A stretch of 64,000 nucleotides of DNA, taken from contig JBPGPT010000023.1 of the NCBI GenBank assembly GCA_051047955.1, positions 186,001-250,000 on the forward strand. The letters are read 5' to 3'. Shown here piece after piece: positions 23,622-38,078 of the stretch. The notes under the pieces are model-generated. The model saw nothing but the letters and a program-made list of their open reading frames with translations, was not told the origin of the DNA and did not search any database. Numbering within the stretch: position 1 is the stretch's first letter; each line of letters begins with the position of its first letter. Source of the stretch: Cystobasidiomycetes sp. EMM_F5. Taxonomy: Eukaryota. The translations under genes were made by a program, and so were the position numbers.

Positions 23622-25418
23622 CTACTCTACTGTGGTCTCGGATTCCACCTGGACTCGAATACCATACATCGTTTCGCCTTTGGCAGGATTTTCGATTTCT
23701 GGAGCGTCGCGAGTGTTCCAGCGCACTAGCTCAGCTGGAGATATGGGAACTACCGCGCTGGAAGGTGGGGCATCATATTTGCTCGACGATGATTCTGGTT
23801 GGTATGACGATGCGATAGACACGCTGGACTCGTTGACATTGAGAAGGTGCGGTTCGAGCTGCTTCTGTAATCTACGTGGTCAGTGTAGAAGACTACGACG
23901 GGTTGTTCTGCGCCTCACAAGCTGCAGGCTGATATTCGATCGCATTTGTTCTGACTTGGACGACCTCGACGCTAGAGGTGGTATTTGTAAGGTAGGGACC
24001 TGAGGATGCTTCTGTGCCAGCAGCATCTGATCCTTCTTCAGACTGCGTATAGCTTGAGAGTGGGACAGATCGAAATTATCGACAACTCGGAAAGAAGCCG
24101 TCTGCAATGTCCCAGACATTCGTTGAGGCGAACGAGCAGTGTTAAACGCTGTATCTGTCAGGCGATTGTGGGAAGCAGCACTCTGCCGCAAGCAATAGCA
24201 AAAGCTTAGTAGATAGAGGCTTGGTATAGCAGCTGACGATTTGCCGATGAATTAGGCATACTCCCAAGAGCATCGACGTGCTGACGCTGACGTACCGGCA
24301 GAAGCATTAAACATCTGCAGCGGAGATAAAGTAAGCTGCGGCCAGGACCATCGAGCAAAGTCTGAGGGCCTACATTCCATAAGGTGGCCGTCTGAAAAGT
24401 CGATGCATACGAGACGGCAGTAAACATGGTGAAGAACAGCGGAACTGCACAGGTTCCAAACGCCAGCTTGATGAGGGCAGAAATAAACTCATCCGTGCTG
24501 AAGAGCGCCTCAAATTAAGCCCGGATGGCGTGTGACAATTGAGAGCCTACCTCCTGTTAAAGCCACGCTTCATTTTCCGTAACGACCAACTCAGGAGAAG
24601 CGTCAAGGCGATATCCGTGACAACTGCCGACCAAAGCCAAAGCTCTGTTGGAGCCAGCAGCTGTTATGCGCGGGCGACAATCAGCTCAATGCGCCAAGAG
24701 GCAGACTACCGAAGCGTCCTGATACTTACGGCTTCCGGTCCGGTCACATTCTGCATATACTGGACTGTTGAGGTTCCAGCTCAGGGCAACCATCAATTTT
24801 CGCTACGCGGCTGACTCACAATTACAGTAAGTAAGCCAGACAGCACCAGCCAGACTGGATGCGATACCAACGCCAAGGACGGGCGACACCAGCACAGCCT
24901 TTTGTGACACCTTTGCGCAACGGATAGCCATGAATGTCTGGCATGCGCTAGCTGTGAGACCTTGAAAGAGTGGAGCGATGACATCCGCCAGGATATAAGC
25001 ATCTAATTTCGCAGTAGATCGATCCTGGTCGAGCATGTAGCTCCATATTTCCTGAAAGCAGGGAAAGAGACAGACGCTTTTTCAGCATTCATCATTGAAA
25101 AGACGCGAAACTCAGCTACCGCAGTGCTGACACCAATGCTGGCAAGATTGAGTGTCGTCGAAATCCATAGCAGTGGCCGTGAATATCTTCCGACCTTCGC
25201 GTTCTTGTTCAGGAGCAAAGACCCAGCCATAGCGGTTGCCATACCACCCAGGAAGACTTGTAGGATCCTGAGATTGTAGGGAGCATTAGATGTGGGGATG
25301 AAGAAACCCAAAGGAGATAGATCGCATACCATCCAATTACACATGGTCCTAAGATAACGTTTGCAACATCTTGTGGCGCACTGGGTGTCAACAGGTCATC
25401 GCCAGCAGTATCGGCCAT
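23622..25418 (-). CDS. Multi-pass integral membrane protein (DUF6534-like basidiomycete family), multi-exon
   Basis: Several hydrophobic exons (LQVFLGGMATAMAGSLLL, LLWISTTLNLASIGVSTA, WSAVVTDIALTLLLSWSLRKMKRGFN, ISALIKLAFGTCAVPLFFTMFTAV) and a polar C-terminal tail. Confidence 0.65.
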
Positions 25419-26365
25419 AGTCAAACGCCATCAACCGCAGTTATCTTTAACTCTTTGTTATTCGGTGGCTCTTGAAACGTCTCTGCGCTTAGGAACCGCT
25501 GTCCTGGATCAGCCGGTCCAACAATGGAGATGAAGAGTATTTTGGGTGAATGATTATCGCCAAAGGAAGCGCTGATAACCTGTCTTGTGCGGCACAGCCT
25601 CTATTCCCACTACCGACGACCAGCAGCTACCTCCAGGCCGAAGTTTGCAAGCAGGCGGTCAGAGGTGGATGCACGGTCGGTTAGTACGAATACAACACGG
25701 ACGTCTGTCGATTGCGATGCTAAATTACGTCCGCAGCTCCAGGCCAGGCCATCCGACTTTCTTATTTGCATGCCTCGCGCTGTGGATTTGCATTTGGCGA
25801 AAACTGCCTAAAGAGGCAGGCTCCACACTCATCTCCGCTGATGACGCGCGAGCTGTATCAGACAGTCGACATGAAAGCCTCTGAGGACGCATGTCGTCTA
25901 TGGGAGACATTATGGTCGTTGGGTCAGAGTTGCAACGGTTTTTGACAGCATTGATATAGGGTTTTGCCACTGACATCTTGCCGACTTTGTCGATCATTTG
26001 TTGCCCGTTGGGGCTCATTTCGCAACTCTCGCCCAGCATGCACTGACACTTGACCATAGCCGCTGCGAACGTTCAAGAGACACCGACGAAGCACGTATGC
26101 CTGGCTTCAAATATGTCCGGTGAAGGGAGACCCCGCCCGAACGATCCAAAGAGCTCGCCGCCGACCTATACAACTGGAAACTTACCGCTGCGAACGCTCT
26201 TGACGTAGCATCCCGCTAGCTTCTCTGGTAATGGCATACACATGGTCTGCATTGTGTACATGCTGGAATGAGAAATCGCAGCACGATAAAGCGGCAGGAT
26301 TTTTCTGTCAGGCAGACACAAAGACAGTGTATCCAACGGGACCTGCCCGCTTTCTATCAATCACA

Positions 26366-28388
26366 ATGCAAGAGCCAGTTGGACTAGGCTCTACATCCCC
26401 TTCGCTACAGTCTGCATCAGAGAAACGGCATTCTCGCCTTGAAAGCAAAAGTCTCAGCCTCGAAAACAAATTCAAGTCGAAGGCGACTTTCAAGCAGGGG
26501 GTACCCAGAAACATCGCAGGCTTCCTACTATCAATACTGGTGGTATTCGTGCTCGCAACGTATGTCATCCTGATAGGCGCCTCACATCTGTTCGGAGCCA
26601 ACGCAATCGATGTGATGGATTTGGACGAAGTTCTAAGAAGAGCAGGAATTCCAGAGTCAGCAGGTATTGGTTCGACCAATGCAACTCTGCAGCATCTCGG
26701 AGCCTCCGCTCCATACATACCAAGGATCGTACATCAGACTTGGAAAGTGGATCAGGTTCCCGATCAATGGCAACCTGTTCGTCAGCACTGCATGGATCTG
26801 CTGCCTGATTTCGAGTTCAGGATGTGGTCAGATATCGAAAGCCGTCGTTTCATTCAAGATCATTATCCTTTCTTTGTGAAGACATGGGATTCCTACCGTA
26901 AGTAACGGAGCGGACCATCATCTCGAGCTTAGGCTGACACGGCCTTACCAAACTAGCGTACAATATTCAGCGGGCCGACGCTATCCGCTACTTTGTTCTC
27001 CACAAATATGGCGGTGTGTACATGGACTTGGATATTGGATGCCGAAGGCACCCGGAGCCACTAATGCATTACGGAACGATCCTGCCCATCACCAAACCAG
27101 TCGGCATGTCAAACGATCTCATGTTTTCTCCTCCCGGCTCAGACTTCATGAACATGGTCATTCATAGTCTTCCTAACTGGAATCGTCGGTGGCTCTTGCT
27201 GCCTTATCCGACCGTTATCATGAGTACCGGTCCGCTCTTCATCTCCGCTATGTACGCTCGATGGTCTAGATCTATGAAGCATGATAATGGTACTCTATCG
27301 AGCACCAATAAAATATGGTTGTTACCTAAGAGCTTGTACGGTAAGCATATCTCGCCGGAAAACGCCCCGCACTCCTTCTTCTGGCATTAGTACGTACGAT
27401 CTTTTCGCAGCAGATATTAGTCGCTCAAGCATCTGCCTGCAGTTATGGTTCGACGTGGCACGCCGGAGACGCCGGTTTCATCAATCTAGTAAGTCGCATT
27501 CGCCGCTATGTAGACAGTGGAATCTAAGTTTGTTCGACAGTTGGGTGTGTATGGCTTCAGACTGTTGCTATTCGTCAGCTTCATTATGGTATGCATCGTT
27601 GGGGCATGGCTTCGTCATCGATCATCAAGTCCGCAGGCGGTATCTTTCGATGACAATCCGGCTTCGCATATCCAGCGCAAGTTTGAGGGCAATGCCGAAT
27701 CCAAAGGTAGGCGGTCATATGCCGATACTCACAAAACCTATGCTAATGTACAGCTCGAGCAGGATTCTGGACGGGAATTTTAGAGATTTTGCACAATATT
27801 CGAAAGGCCCCACTGGCATCTGCTCACCTGGGATCCGCCCAGAGCCCCAATTACCGCGACAAAGCAGAAGGGACGATACCCGTACATACGCGTGGGGGGA
27901 ACAAGAGGACTATACCGTCCCGCCAGCGGTCCAGAGATGTCGAGCGGAACTCGCAAACGAATCCACGTAATCATACAATATTTCAACGCGCATGGTCAAG
28001 TTCGTCTGTTTTCGAACCTAATCATAGTGCCGAGCGTCCGCAGCTCCGTCACACGCCTGCAAGTGATGTGTTTTCCCCCACGTCGGGAAGCAACCGCAAT
28101 GGGACTTTGCAGGTCCCAACAACCAGTTGGGAGACGAGATCATCGGATTCTGACGAGAGCGCAGCCAGTAGCACTGGACCACTTTTGCGCAGATATAGAT
28201 CTCGCACAAAGAAGGCCCGCTACTCAGACGAGTACTCGTCGTCGGAACGGCTGGACCGTCTGGCGAAATTGAACTCAGTGCAATGCCCGACGCCCGGTTC
28301 GCACATTCCCAGGTGTGCGCCATCTGCGCCCTACCCGAAACCGCTGTTGTCGCGGAAAGTGTCCAAGTCCGCGGAGAAACCAGAGTAG
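26366..28388 (+). CDS. GT32 mannosyltransferase, MIPC-synthase (Sur1/Csh1)-like, with long disordered C-terminal tail
   Basis: TM helix, IPRIVHQTWK, YNIQRADAIRYFVLHKYGGVYMDLDIGC (DxD), PVGMSNDLM, STGPLF, YGSTWH, second TM; splicing at ~27707 joins the 27789-28388 ORF. Confidence 0.88.
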
Positions 28389-28890
28389 TCGCACAGATTT
28401 ACCGCAATCGATAGTAAGAATAAGTCCCTGGGTGACATGTAGCAATAGCGAGACTATTACAAGGCAGTCTTCTTCGATCAGCATAGAGTGACGCCTGAAG
28501 AGTGAATAGATACACGTGTACATATGGCATAGTTTCAGTCGCAATCATGCAGTAGGAAAGAGCTTTTCTGTGTCAGTTGCCTTGCGCTTCGAGTCTTTAT
28601 GTTTGCAGCTTTCGCTCAAGACGTGCATAGCAGCAGCGAAGGTATGAGATGTATAACATATCGTCTGGGCTGCACTACCAAGTGGGTTCTTCTCCGCTTT
28701 TCTCCAGGCCATAAAAGCCAAGTGTGGCAATCTTTATGCTGTGCCGTTCGAAGTGCTGTGCCGATTATTTCATCGCCCAAGAGGTGGTGCGTAACTGCAT
28801 ATATTCCCTACTGGCTTCTACTTTCAGTCCACCTGCAGCAGCTTGAGCAGTAGCGCTTCGGTTGAGCGATTTCGTGCAGGCGGCCATCAT

Positions 28891-29755
28891 ATGCGTCAGC
28901 GTTGGCTATACGCTACAGCCTGCGCTTTATTGATGCAGGTAGCGATGGCCGACTACATTGCTCTCTTCGAGCGCGAGCATCAGGGAACGGACGAGGCTCG
29001 AAGTACCTCAGGTCGGTCCCGCAAGGTGAGCCGGACGACTACGTCAAAGCACGCGTCCACCAAGGCTGTCAAGTCCAAGTAAGCAGCAGCAGGAGGCTGC
29101 CACCGATGCGTCAAATCCGCAGCTCATTCGTTATTTCGACTGTGTAAACAGGCCTCAGCCCGCAAAGCCGGTTGGACCACCACCGGTCGTCAATGTCACG
29201 CTGGCCTATCTGCCTGTCGCTCAGCAATTGTGTCAGAACCACTCCGAGGTAGCCAACGGCGCGACTTTGAATGCCACTTGGGTATCGGGAGGCAGTCTCA
29301 CCAACACCCTTTACACGCGCTTCGCGACGGACGGATATTCCGGCTGGAACAATCTGGGATCAGCCTTCTATCCGAGTCCGGACGCGCGAGTACCAGACAG
29401 CTCAGACGACGACCCGTTATACAGGTATACGTTCCAGACGACAGTATGGCAGTACCAGCGGGGCATCATCTTCACTGTGCTGCAGTATGAACCAAAAAAG
29501 AATGTCACTCTGCCTGGCTTCAGCTCAAAGCCCATTAGCATTGTTGGCACGTGTAAGCCGGACCAGCCAAGTATGGCAACTAGCACCCGGAGCAGAATGA
29601 AAACGCGCATGGCTGCATCCCGAACTTCCACGAAAACGACATCCAGCAGCTCGTCATCGAGTCGCTCCAGCTCGAGCCGGCGGTTTAGCGCCCTAGATTC
29701 GACGATTGGCATTATTTTAGCTCAATTCATGTTGGTAGTAGTTCAGAAGGCGTAA
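28891..29755 (+). CDS. Secreted, possibly GPI-anchored protein of unknown function; intron 29079-29151
   Basis: Signal peptide MRQRWLYATACALLMQVAMA, beta-rich core, Ser/Thr-rich stalk, hydrophobic C-terminus (STIGIILAQFMLVVV). Confidence 0.65.
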
Positions 29756-29892
29756 GAGCAATCCGAAACGTCTTTGAAGCGTGAAGTTTGCCGTCATGTC
29801 CGATCGAGCAAATACTCGCATTAACAGACTGCAATGCTTTCTTGACCGCTCTGATTATCTGAAACGCTGTACATTTCGCACATATAGCTGCC

Positions 29893-32800
29893 ATGGTGCG
29901 CTCGTATCTGCGACACGGTCCCACAGAGGCCTTTGGCACCATTGCTGGAAATTCGGCAAACAGCATATTTGACGGCAAGGTCGCCTGGGTGCCCGCGAAC
30001 GAAGACGTGTTGGCATGTACGGTTGTCATTGTGCAGTAGGTAGCTCGGAAGGAACGGCTGAGAATTGTCTATTGTTATTCGAATAGGGAATATGAAGAAG
30101 GGCGAAATTCTTGCATCGTGGCACCAGCAAGGTCTGTATACCGCAGTAACCTGCATAGCTCGCTCGAGCGTAAAGGATACCTTTGCGGTAGGCTACCAGG
30201 ATGGAAGCATTCGATTATGGAGCGCCGCGAGCAAATCTGTCATTGTGACTTTCAACGGCCACAGAAAAGCCATAACTACCCTGTGCTTTGACAGTGCGGG
30301 CGCACGTCTGGCAAGTGGCAGTCAAGACACGGATATCATTCTGTGGGACGTTGCTGCTGAAGTAGGCCTGTTCCGGTAAGTAGAGGCAAACAGTGTCTAC
30401 ACTTCGCATAATTGACAAAGTCGTAGTCTGCGAGGTCACCGAGATCAAGTCACAGCCTTGGCTTTCGTTGCCCCACCACACGACGCCATTACGCAAGACC
30501 CAAGCATTAGCAACGAAGTAATTGCGCCCTCAAGCTTCGAGCAATTCCTCGTGTCATCCTCAAAAGACACCCTATTGAAAGTGTGGGATCTATATACACA
30601 GCATTGTGTGTCTACCAATGTTGCACACCGCACTCAAGTCTGGTCACTGGCAGTATTCGTCGACACTTCCACGAATGACACGGTAATCATTACCGGCGGA
30701 GGAGAGGGAGAAGCGAAAGCCTGGCGCCTTGACTTCCGAGTACTTGAGAGCCGCGTGTCAATGGACAATGAAAGTACCGAACCGGCCCGTGCTGTCACTC
30801 CTTTAACTTCTGGCTTGCTTCCGTTGCAAAGCCTGACGCACACGCACCGCATTGCCCAAGTCGCATATCATCCTGAAGAGCGTTTGCTGGCCGTACAGAC
30901 GACAGACCGGGCTATAGAAATATTGAGGCTGCGAAGCGCCGAAGAAATAAGAAAGAAGGCAGCGAGAAGACGCAAACGCGAGCAAGAGAAGCTAAAGGAA
31001 AAGGGAGAGGCGGCTGCAAGCGAATCCATTTCAACAAGAGAACCTGAGTGGAAAGATCGCCTAGCGAGTTGGATCGTCATCAGGACGCCTGGCAAGATTC
31101 GCTCTTTCGGCTTCGGTCTCGGTAATACAAATCTCAAGGGCGAAGTTAACATTATGGCAGCTCTCGCCAACAATGCTGTGGAGGTGTACCAGCTACCTCA
31201 GCAGCCGCTGAAGACTAAGAACAAGGATGCAGACGCCATTGTAGATGCGACACTACAGTACTCGTTGGATATACCCGGTCATCGAACAGATATACGCACA
31301 ATGGCATTGTCGTCAGATGATGAGCTATTGGCCACTGGCTCAAATGGGCAGCTAAAGATCTGGAACGTAAAAACGACTAAATGTCTGCGGACGATGGAAT
31401 GCGGCTACGCCATATCACTCATATTTCTGCCAGGCAATCGTCACATTGTCGTTGGCACAAAGTCCGGTGTCTTATACCTGTATGACATTGCTAGCAGCAC
31501 CCTACTGGAGACAATACAGGGTCATACCATGAGCATCTGGAGTCTGTGCTTACGGGCAGATGGAAAAGGCTTTGTTAGCGGTGGAGAGGACAAGGACGTC
31601 AAGTTCTGGGAGTTTGGAATCAAGGATGTAATCTTGAACGAGGATGAGATTGATGCTCCTCCTGTTAGTGATGCGGGTACGCTCGCAAAGAAGGCTGATA
31701 TTGATTTCATGACCCAACGATGCAGGCAATTCGGAAGACTCTGACAATGACGCACGTCAAGACTCTCAAGATGACGGATGACGTACTCTCAGTCACATAT
31801 AGCCCTGACGGCCGTCTTTTGGCAGTTGCTTTGCTTGACTCAACGGTCAAAGTGTTCTATGCCGATACCTTGAAATTCTTCCTATCGCTATACGGGCACA
31901 AGGTGAGCACATCTGCGTTATCGCTGCTCTGTCATGTACTGAAGCATGCTTTCAGCTGCCTGTCCTTGCTATGGATATATCGAGCGATTCTAAACTCATC
32001 ATCACATGCTCTGCGGACAAGAATGTCAAAATTTGGGGCCTGGACTTTGGCGATTGTCATCGTTCGCTTTTTGCACATGATGACACGGTCTTGCAAGTCC
32101 AGTTCGAGCCGGGTTCACACTACTTTTGGTCCGTATCAAAGGACAAGATGGTCAAGTATTGGGATGGGGACAAGGTGAGTTATTGACACTCAACGCCTTG
32201 AATCCGTTGACGTTGTGTTCCTTGCGTAGTTTCAATGTATTCAAAAACTCGAAGGACACCATGGGGAGGTATGGGCGCTGGCTGTGAGCCATAAAGGCGC
32301 ATTTGTCGCTACTGCTGCACACGACAAAAGCATTCGCATTTGGGAGAAATTGGACGAGCCAGTCAGTGGATCCATTGGCTCCTCGCACTTCTTTGTGGAC
32401 TCAGCTGATCCTGTCCGTGTAGTTGTTCCTGGAAGAAGAACGCGAGCGAGAGTTAGAGGCGATACATGATGCCAATGTGGATCGGGATCGCGAGCGCGAT
32501 GAACTTCGAGCCATGAAGGACGGCGATACTGGAGTAGAAGCATCTGCTGTAACGAAAACGACTACCGAGACTCTGATGGCAGGAGAGCGCATCATCGAGG
32601 CATTGGACATTTCGGAAGAGGATCGATTGTCTGCCGATGGATATGAGGACAGCAAAGCCGGCATGACAGAAGAGGCAGTGAATCGCATGGCTCCGCGTCA
32701 ACGACATGCTATATTCTCGATTTACACATCACATATCGAGCCGGAAGTGCACGTACTGAAAGTCGTGCAGAAGATCGCCCCTTCTGCATTGAATGATGCG

Positions 32801-33287
32801 CTGTTGGTGCTACCTTTTGCAAAAGTCGTATCTATGCTCAAACATCTCGATTATTGGAGCAAGAAGGTAAGCTGTCCGGCTATCTTATGGCGTCTAAATG
32901 AGTGCCTGATCAGCGATTCAGTCCCTCAACATTGCTCTCACTTCGAGAATTCTTATGATCTTGCTGAACACACATTCGTCACAAATCATTGCTACGCGTC
33001 TCATGCGAACTACGATACTTGAGGTACGAAAACACCTTCAAGCGGCCCTGGCAGTTCAAAAGGTAAATTCACAAGATTAGATAAAGCGTACGTACCCGAG
33101 ACTCACATTCGCATTGCAGTGTACGACTGGCTACAACTTGGCAGCATTAAAGCACGTCCGCCGGCAATACGTGTCCAACAAGACTAACGCATTTTACGAG
33201 AGCTCCGGCCTTGACGCGGATGCGCCAGTCAATGACATGCTGGATGGCTTGGTCAAGAAGCGTAAGAGGGCGATCGTAGTTGCATAG
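29893..33287 (+). CDS. DIP2: U3 snoRNA-associated WD40 protein Utp12/Dip2 (WDR3)
   Basis: [93 protein letters not shown], Utp12 C-terminal domain LLVLPF...GYNLAAL. Confidence 0.95.
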
Positions 33288-33578
33288 GTAGATAAGAAGT
33301 CAAGACCACACTCGCACTGCATGAGTGGCTTGTTTGCAATTATGTGCCTGGGCGGCGCGATTTTATGCAGGTCCGAATATGGCAAAAACAAACAGCAAGG
33401 CAGGACGCGACTGATCCATCACGGGGTCTAGCTTACAATGCGGGCGGCTGGTCAATCGAGTAAACAAGAGCAGTTTTGACACCGAACCCGCTGGTGGCCT
33501 TCCTTTCCTTTCCTCCATTCACGAATCTGCACGGTGACCTGACGAACGGCGATACTGTTAACGATCACCATCACAACT

Positions 33579-34775
33579 ATGTCTCGTCAGTGGATCTATC
33601 CAACACTCGTATCTTTGCTTCTATCGACCAATCTGCGAGCATGCGCTGCATCGACAAATGGCACTAGCACGCCCATCCCCCCGCGTTCGTCCCTTACAAC
33701 GCTGGCATCTCAGCAGCCTGACGCAGATGGCTGGGTCGTCCTCGACTCGTATGGTATCATGATGCACCTTGCAGAACGGGACGATAATACTTCAGATTGC
33801 ACCGAAGTTGGCTGCATGCAGCATATGGATGTTGCCGGAGATCTCCTGCAACCCCCTGAAAGAAATAGCGCCATTCGCACTTACCAGAGGAGCAGCAGAG
33901 ACTTAGTAAAGCGATCTGCGTTGATAGGAGTCAATTCTGTTAACGGTGAGCTGGTGCACAGTCTTCCGCTGGAACTGGACGAAGATGAGGTGTTCGCCGA
34001 TGACAACGAGCGCTCCGATGCAGACGGCGGCCAATCCGGCCGGACTACCCTTCTGGATCTGTTTAAGCGTGAGAGCAAGAAGCAATGCAGAAGCAAAAAT
34101 TGCAGAGCAAAGTCCAGCAAGAAGTCCAAAGGCAAATCTGAGAAAAACAAGTCGAAATCGAAGTCTGGTGGCAACGTCAAGGCAAAGGCATTTGCGTCTC
34201 AGGCAAAGGCAGTAGATGCAGATACAATCCAAAAGGTGACAGACGGTATTGCAGACGTTATGAAGGGTGCCACCATTGCGTAAGATCCACCTTTTGTCGT
34301 GTTAACATGTGAATGGTGATTGACGCCAATTTTTCATTGACAGCACGACCATCACATGGTACACTGGTCATGATCTCCTGAACCCATTTTGTGACAAGCA
34401 ATCCCGGTGGACACCTACGGACGACTCGCTCATCATTGCCGTCACTGAGAAATGGTCATTGCGACCGGCCTGCGGCGAATTCTTGGAGCTCACTACCGTC
34501 GATGCCAAGGATGGCGAGGAAAATCGTTCAGTCGTAGCGCGTGTCGTCGATCTGTGTGGCGGCTGCGCAGCGGGGAAACCGCATGCGGATCTATCCAAAG
34601 CGGCTTTCCTCAAGCTGTACGCACTGGACGTCGGACTCGTTAGAGGGTGTGAGTGCCGTCTACTGCATCATGCGTGCACTTCGCTAAGGTGTAAACCTTG
34701 TGTTCAGTAAAGATGCGCCTTGTCGCTCCTCCGAAGGTCTGGAGTACGCGCCTGTACGGTCCGAAGAACCTATGA
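33579..34775 (+). CDS. Secreted expansin-like / RlpA-type double-psi beta-barrel protein with long N-terminal pro-region
   Basis: Signal peptide; C-terminal TWYTG...C...IIAV...CGEFLEL...VVARVVDLCGGC...HADLSKAAF..L..LDVG typical of the DPBB domain. Confidence 0.8.
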
Positions 34776-35284
34776 ACGACGGTGCAATCAACTCGTACCC
34801 ATGGACAAGATTGCAACATGGCACGTTGGTGTCAGCTGGTCTGCGCCGCTTCCGTTCGTTAGGCATCACCACCTTCACGGCCACGGGAACATTCAAGCCC
34901 GTCAGCAGTCTCTTTCGACTTTCTTAACCGTATACCTGCATATACCTGTTGTGGTCTGCAAACTGCGGCTTTTTGTGCCGGACGTTGTCTCGATATAACG
35001 TTGTAGAATGTCATTTTGTTTTGCAAGGTCACGATCTCAATCTCCCCATTGGCATCCGTTGAACCCTTTTTGGCAGCCGGTAGGAGCAACCTCGTGTATG
35101 CGGCTCTAGCCTATTCGCACGCGCTGTGTTGCATCTAGTAGGTATGTGTAGTTTGTACATAATTACAAAGGCCATGGCGATCTGCTGTATAGCACACGAC
35201 AAGCAGCTTTGCCAACGCTACATTGGCAGCACGAATTCCGTATGTTCGTTTGTGGCAGTTGCCGCCAGTCTGCGCAGTGAACAA

Positions 35285-36462
35285 CTATAAGTGGAATTTT
35301 GACTTGCTGTATTGTGTCAATTGCGCCTAAAGGAATGCGGTCAAGGTTTGTCAGCTGAAAGTCTGGGAAACCGACGAGAGCGCCGCTACACATACCGCTG
35401 CAGCATCTGTGAACCAGAAGACTTCCCCTGGAGCGACTGGACGGACTAGACTTGCTGGAAGAGGAGGATCTGCACCATCCAATGCTTTATGTAGAATCTC
35501 CTTCTTTCCCTCTCCGCTGAGCACGAATGCAGCACGATACGCGTGCGCCAGTACAGGATATGTCAGGGTGATACGAACGGGAGGAGGTTTTGGAGAATCA
35601 TCCAGCCAGGCGATCCATCGTAGTTCCTCCTTCAAGAGCGGATGCCCTGGAAAGAGAGAGCATGTATGACCGTCTGGTCCGACTCCTAGGAGAACGAGAT
35701 CGAAGCGAGGGAAAGCGACTGCGTTCTTTCCGGCAAAATGCGTGATGAGCTGCTGCTCGTAGTCTCTGCAAGAGTAGGCAATCGTTTAGCGGGTACTGGA
35801 GTACGTTGTAGCCCAGCAGACATACTCTGCTAATTCCTCTGGATCATCGAGTAGATCGGTATTGATGGTGTGAATGTTTTCTCTGGGAATGGGCACCTTT
35901 GAAAACAGATTGTCGTTGTTGATTTTGAAGTTTGAGTCGGCGTGATCCAGTGGGACTAGGCGTTCGTCGGCAAAGAACACCTCCCTGTTAAGCATTCAAA
36001 GAAGAGAGCCGGGTCATGGAAGACGCAGCAAGCATATCGTCAGTGTCCATGCTTTTCAGAGTGCTTCAGACCCAGCCATGAACTATGCCAGGAACCGGAT
36101 ACGGCCACGGCGATGACCCTGGGCAGGTGTCTGCGAGTCCAGCGGGTCGTAGCGACGACACTCACCATTTTTCCCAGCTGACTCTCTTCTCGTCGACCAA
36201 ATGTCCCGCCAGCGTCGCTGCCAATGAACCGCCAGAGATAGCGAGCTTGAAGACTCCGCGCTTGTGAACGGCGTCGTTCTGGGCTGCAATAACAAACTCT
36301 GCGAGTCCTGCAGAGACCTGGTCTGGCGTATCGAAAGTGTAGAGCACGGGCGGAGTCGGGCTGTTCCGTTTTCATATGGTTGCATTTCCACTATCGGTCA
36401 GCGGGTTATCGTTTGCTGGGTTGGCGTTGATAGCCTTACCTGTGGGCGTGCGGCATGCTCAT
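35285..36462 (-). CDS. 6-phosphogluconolactonase (Sol-family), multi-exon; start 36462 or 36456
   Basis: [73 protein letters not shown]. Confidence 0.93.
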
Positions 36463-36725
36463 CGTAGTCACAGTAATATATGTCGTGCGTCGTTCAGAAT
36501 ATATTCCTGCTCAGCCTGGCAACTCGCAGGCCTTTTGAGTCGTCCGGGACTCAACGAGCAGTCCTCAATTTGGGGGATGCAATCCAAACTCGACTTTGGA
36601 CTGTCAACAGCTGCCAATGCGCGCAATTACTACGAAAAGAGTATGTGCTCCATCGTGGTGTGAAGATGGAGCCATGAAACCCTCAAATGATTCAGAACGA
36701 ATGGCTGGATAAATCATACGTCATA

Positions 36726-38078
36726 ATGCAAGAAGCCAAGGGTCTGTACGAAAAGCTCGCCAGGATACTAGACGAATGCTGTCTGTGAGTAGTCCTCAAT
36801 GTCGGAACGAGTCACATGTACGCTGACCCACCCCGTTCCAGCGAAGAAATAGCAATATCCCCATACATTATTCCATTACCTGATAAAGATGAAGAACCAG
36901 CCCTACCATCCCCGAGCACATCCCCGTCCGACACCTCTTCTAAACTCCAGCCCCGTGACCTCTATCCCCTCACCCTCTTTTCGCAAACCCAGCTCGTGAT
37001 CCCACAGAAACCGCTGTACGGTATCTTTGCGTACGCGGCGCAGAGGTTGGCTCGCGACTATCCCCGCAACACCGTCAGAGAGCTATTACAGTGCGTCAGA
37101 GCTTCATCAAATGCGCTTGTCTACATGCGAAGTTCCCCGGAAAGTCAACACAAACGACAGGATCTCGACAGCCTCACGCGCATCATGATGATACAGAATC
37201 CTGAACACGCTCGAGCGCTCAACATTCGCAAGATGCTTGTTCGATTTCAGATATTGCAGAGTGTCTGTGACGATGATATTGAAAGTAGGGCAGACAATGT
37301 CGTCCGAGCAGAACTCGAGTGGACAAGCCTTATCCTAGGCATAGCTTCTCATGCCAAAGTCGGTCTGCTCTGGCACCACAGACGATGGTTGTTGACTCTG
37401 CTAGCTTCCGGGACCACAAGCACATCTCCGTACTGCAGTATCTCGCGAGTTCGATTGCAGGTTGACTCCCTCAAAGCCGAGCTTGAGGTCGTAGACAAGT
37501 GCGCGCAAAAGTATCCTCGCAACTACATGGCCTGGTCGCATCGGAACTGGCTGCTGCACTCCATCGTGGGTGGCGGTGCAGACATGGTTCAAGGACAGCT
37601 TGAGAAGATGTCCGCACACATGTACACAAATACCAAGGACCACACTGCTGCACAGCACATTATACAATTTCTCTTGCTTTTACAGCGTCAGAGCGGCAGC
37701 AAGACTCTGTATGAAGGCTGTCTTGTCAGTATGCAGGAGACTGCATGCGATCTGGTGGCTCGCTACCCAGACCGTGAGACGGTATGGCTCTTTCTGCGAC
37801 AAATGGTGCAGGTCAGTGGGTTGAAGACGGAATTTGCTAAGCGGGGAGCGCTGTTGGCGGAAAGACTGGCCGATGGGGGTATGGAGAACCGAGCGAAGAG
37901 CGAGCTAGGGTATCACTGGACATCTGAAGAGGCCCACAAGGCTCGTCGATGTGCCATCCGAACATCCTTCTTTCTCGCTGCACTGAGCGGGGCTTCAAGC
38001 TGTCAGCACGAAGGAGGCGGACTGGCCAGTCTGGAAGCGAGGAGGGTATTGCGAGAATGTCGCGAGGAGAGTGAGTAG
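36726..38078 (+). CDS. Protein prenyltransferase alpha-subunit repeat protein (PTAR1/Ecm9-like)
   Basis: NPEHARALNIRK, HAKVGLLWHHRRWLL, KYPRNYMAWSHRNWLL, YPDRETVWLFLR PPTA-type repeats; short first exon from ATG 36726. Confidence 0.8.

Noticed and set aside
26231..26365. In-frame upstream ATG extending the GT32 protein
   Set aside because: The extension has no recognisable features; ATG 26366 (acaATG) preferred, though the longer form cannot be excluded
35163..35395. Alternative 3' acceptors of 6-phosphogluconolactonase creating a cryptic peroxisomal isoform
   Set aside because: The possible ends (SKFHL, SPWPL, SQTFS) are not canonical PTS1; branch-point position favours the single acceptor at 35327
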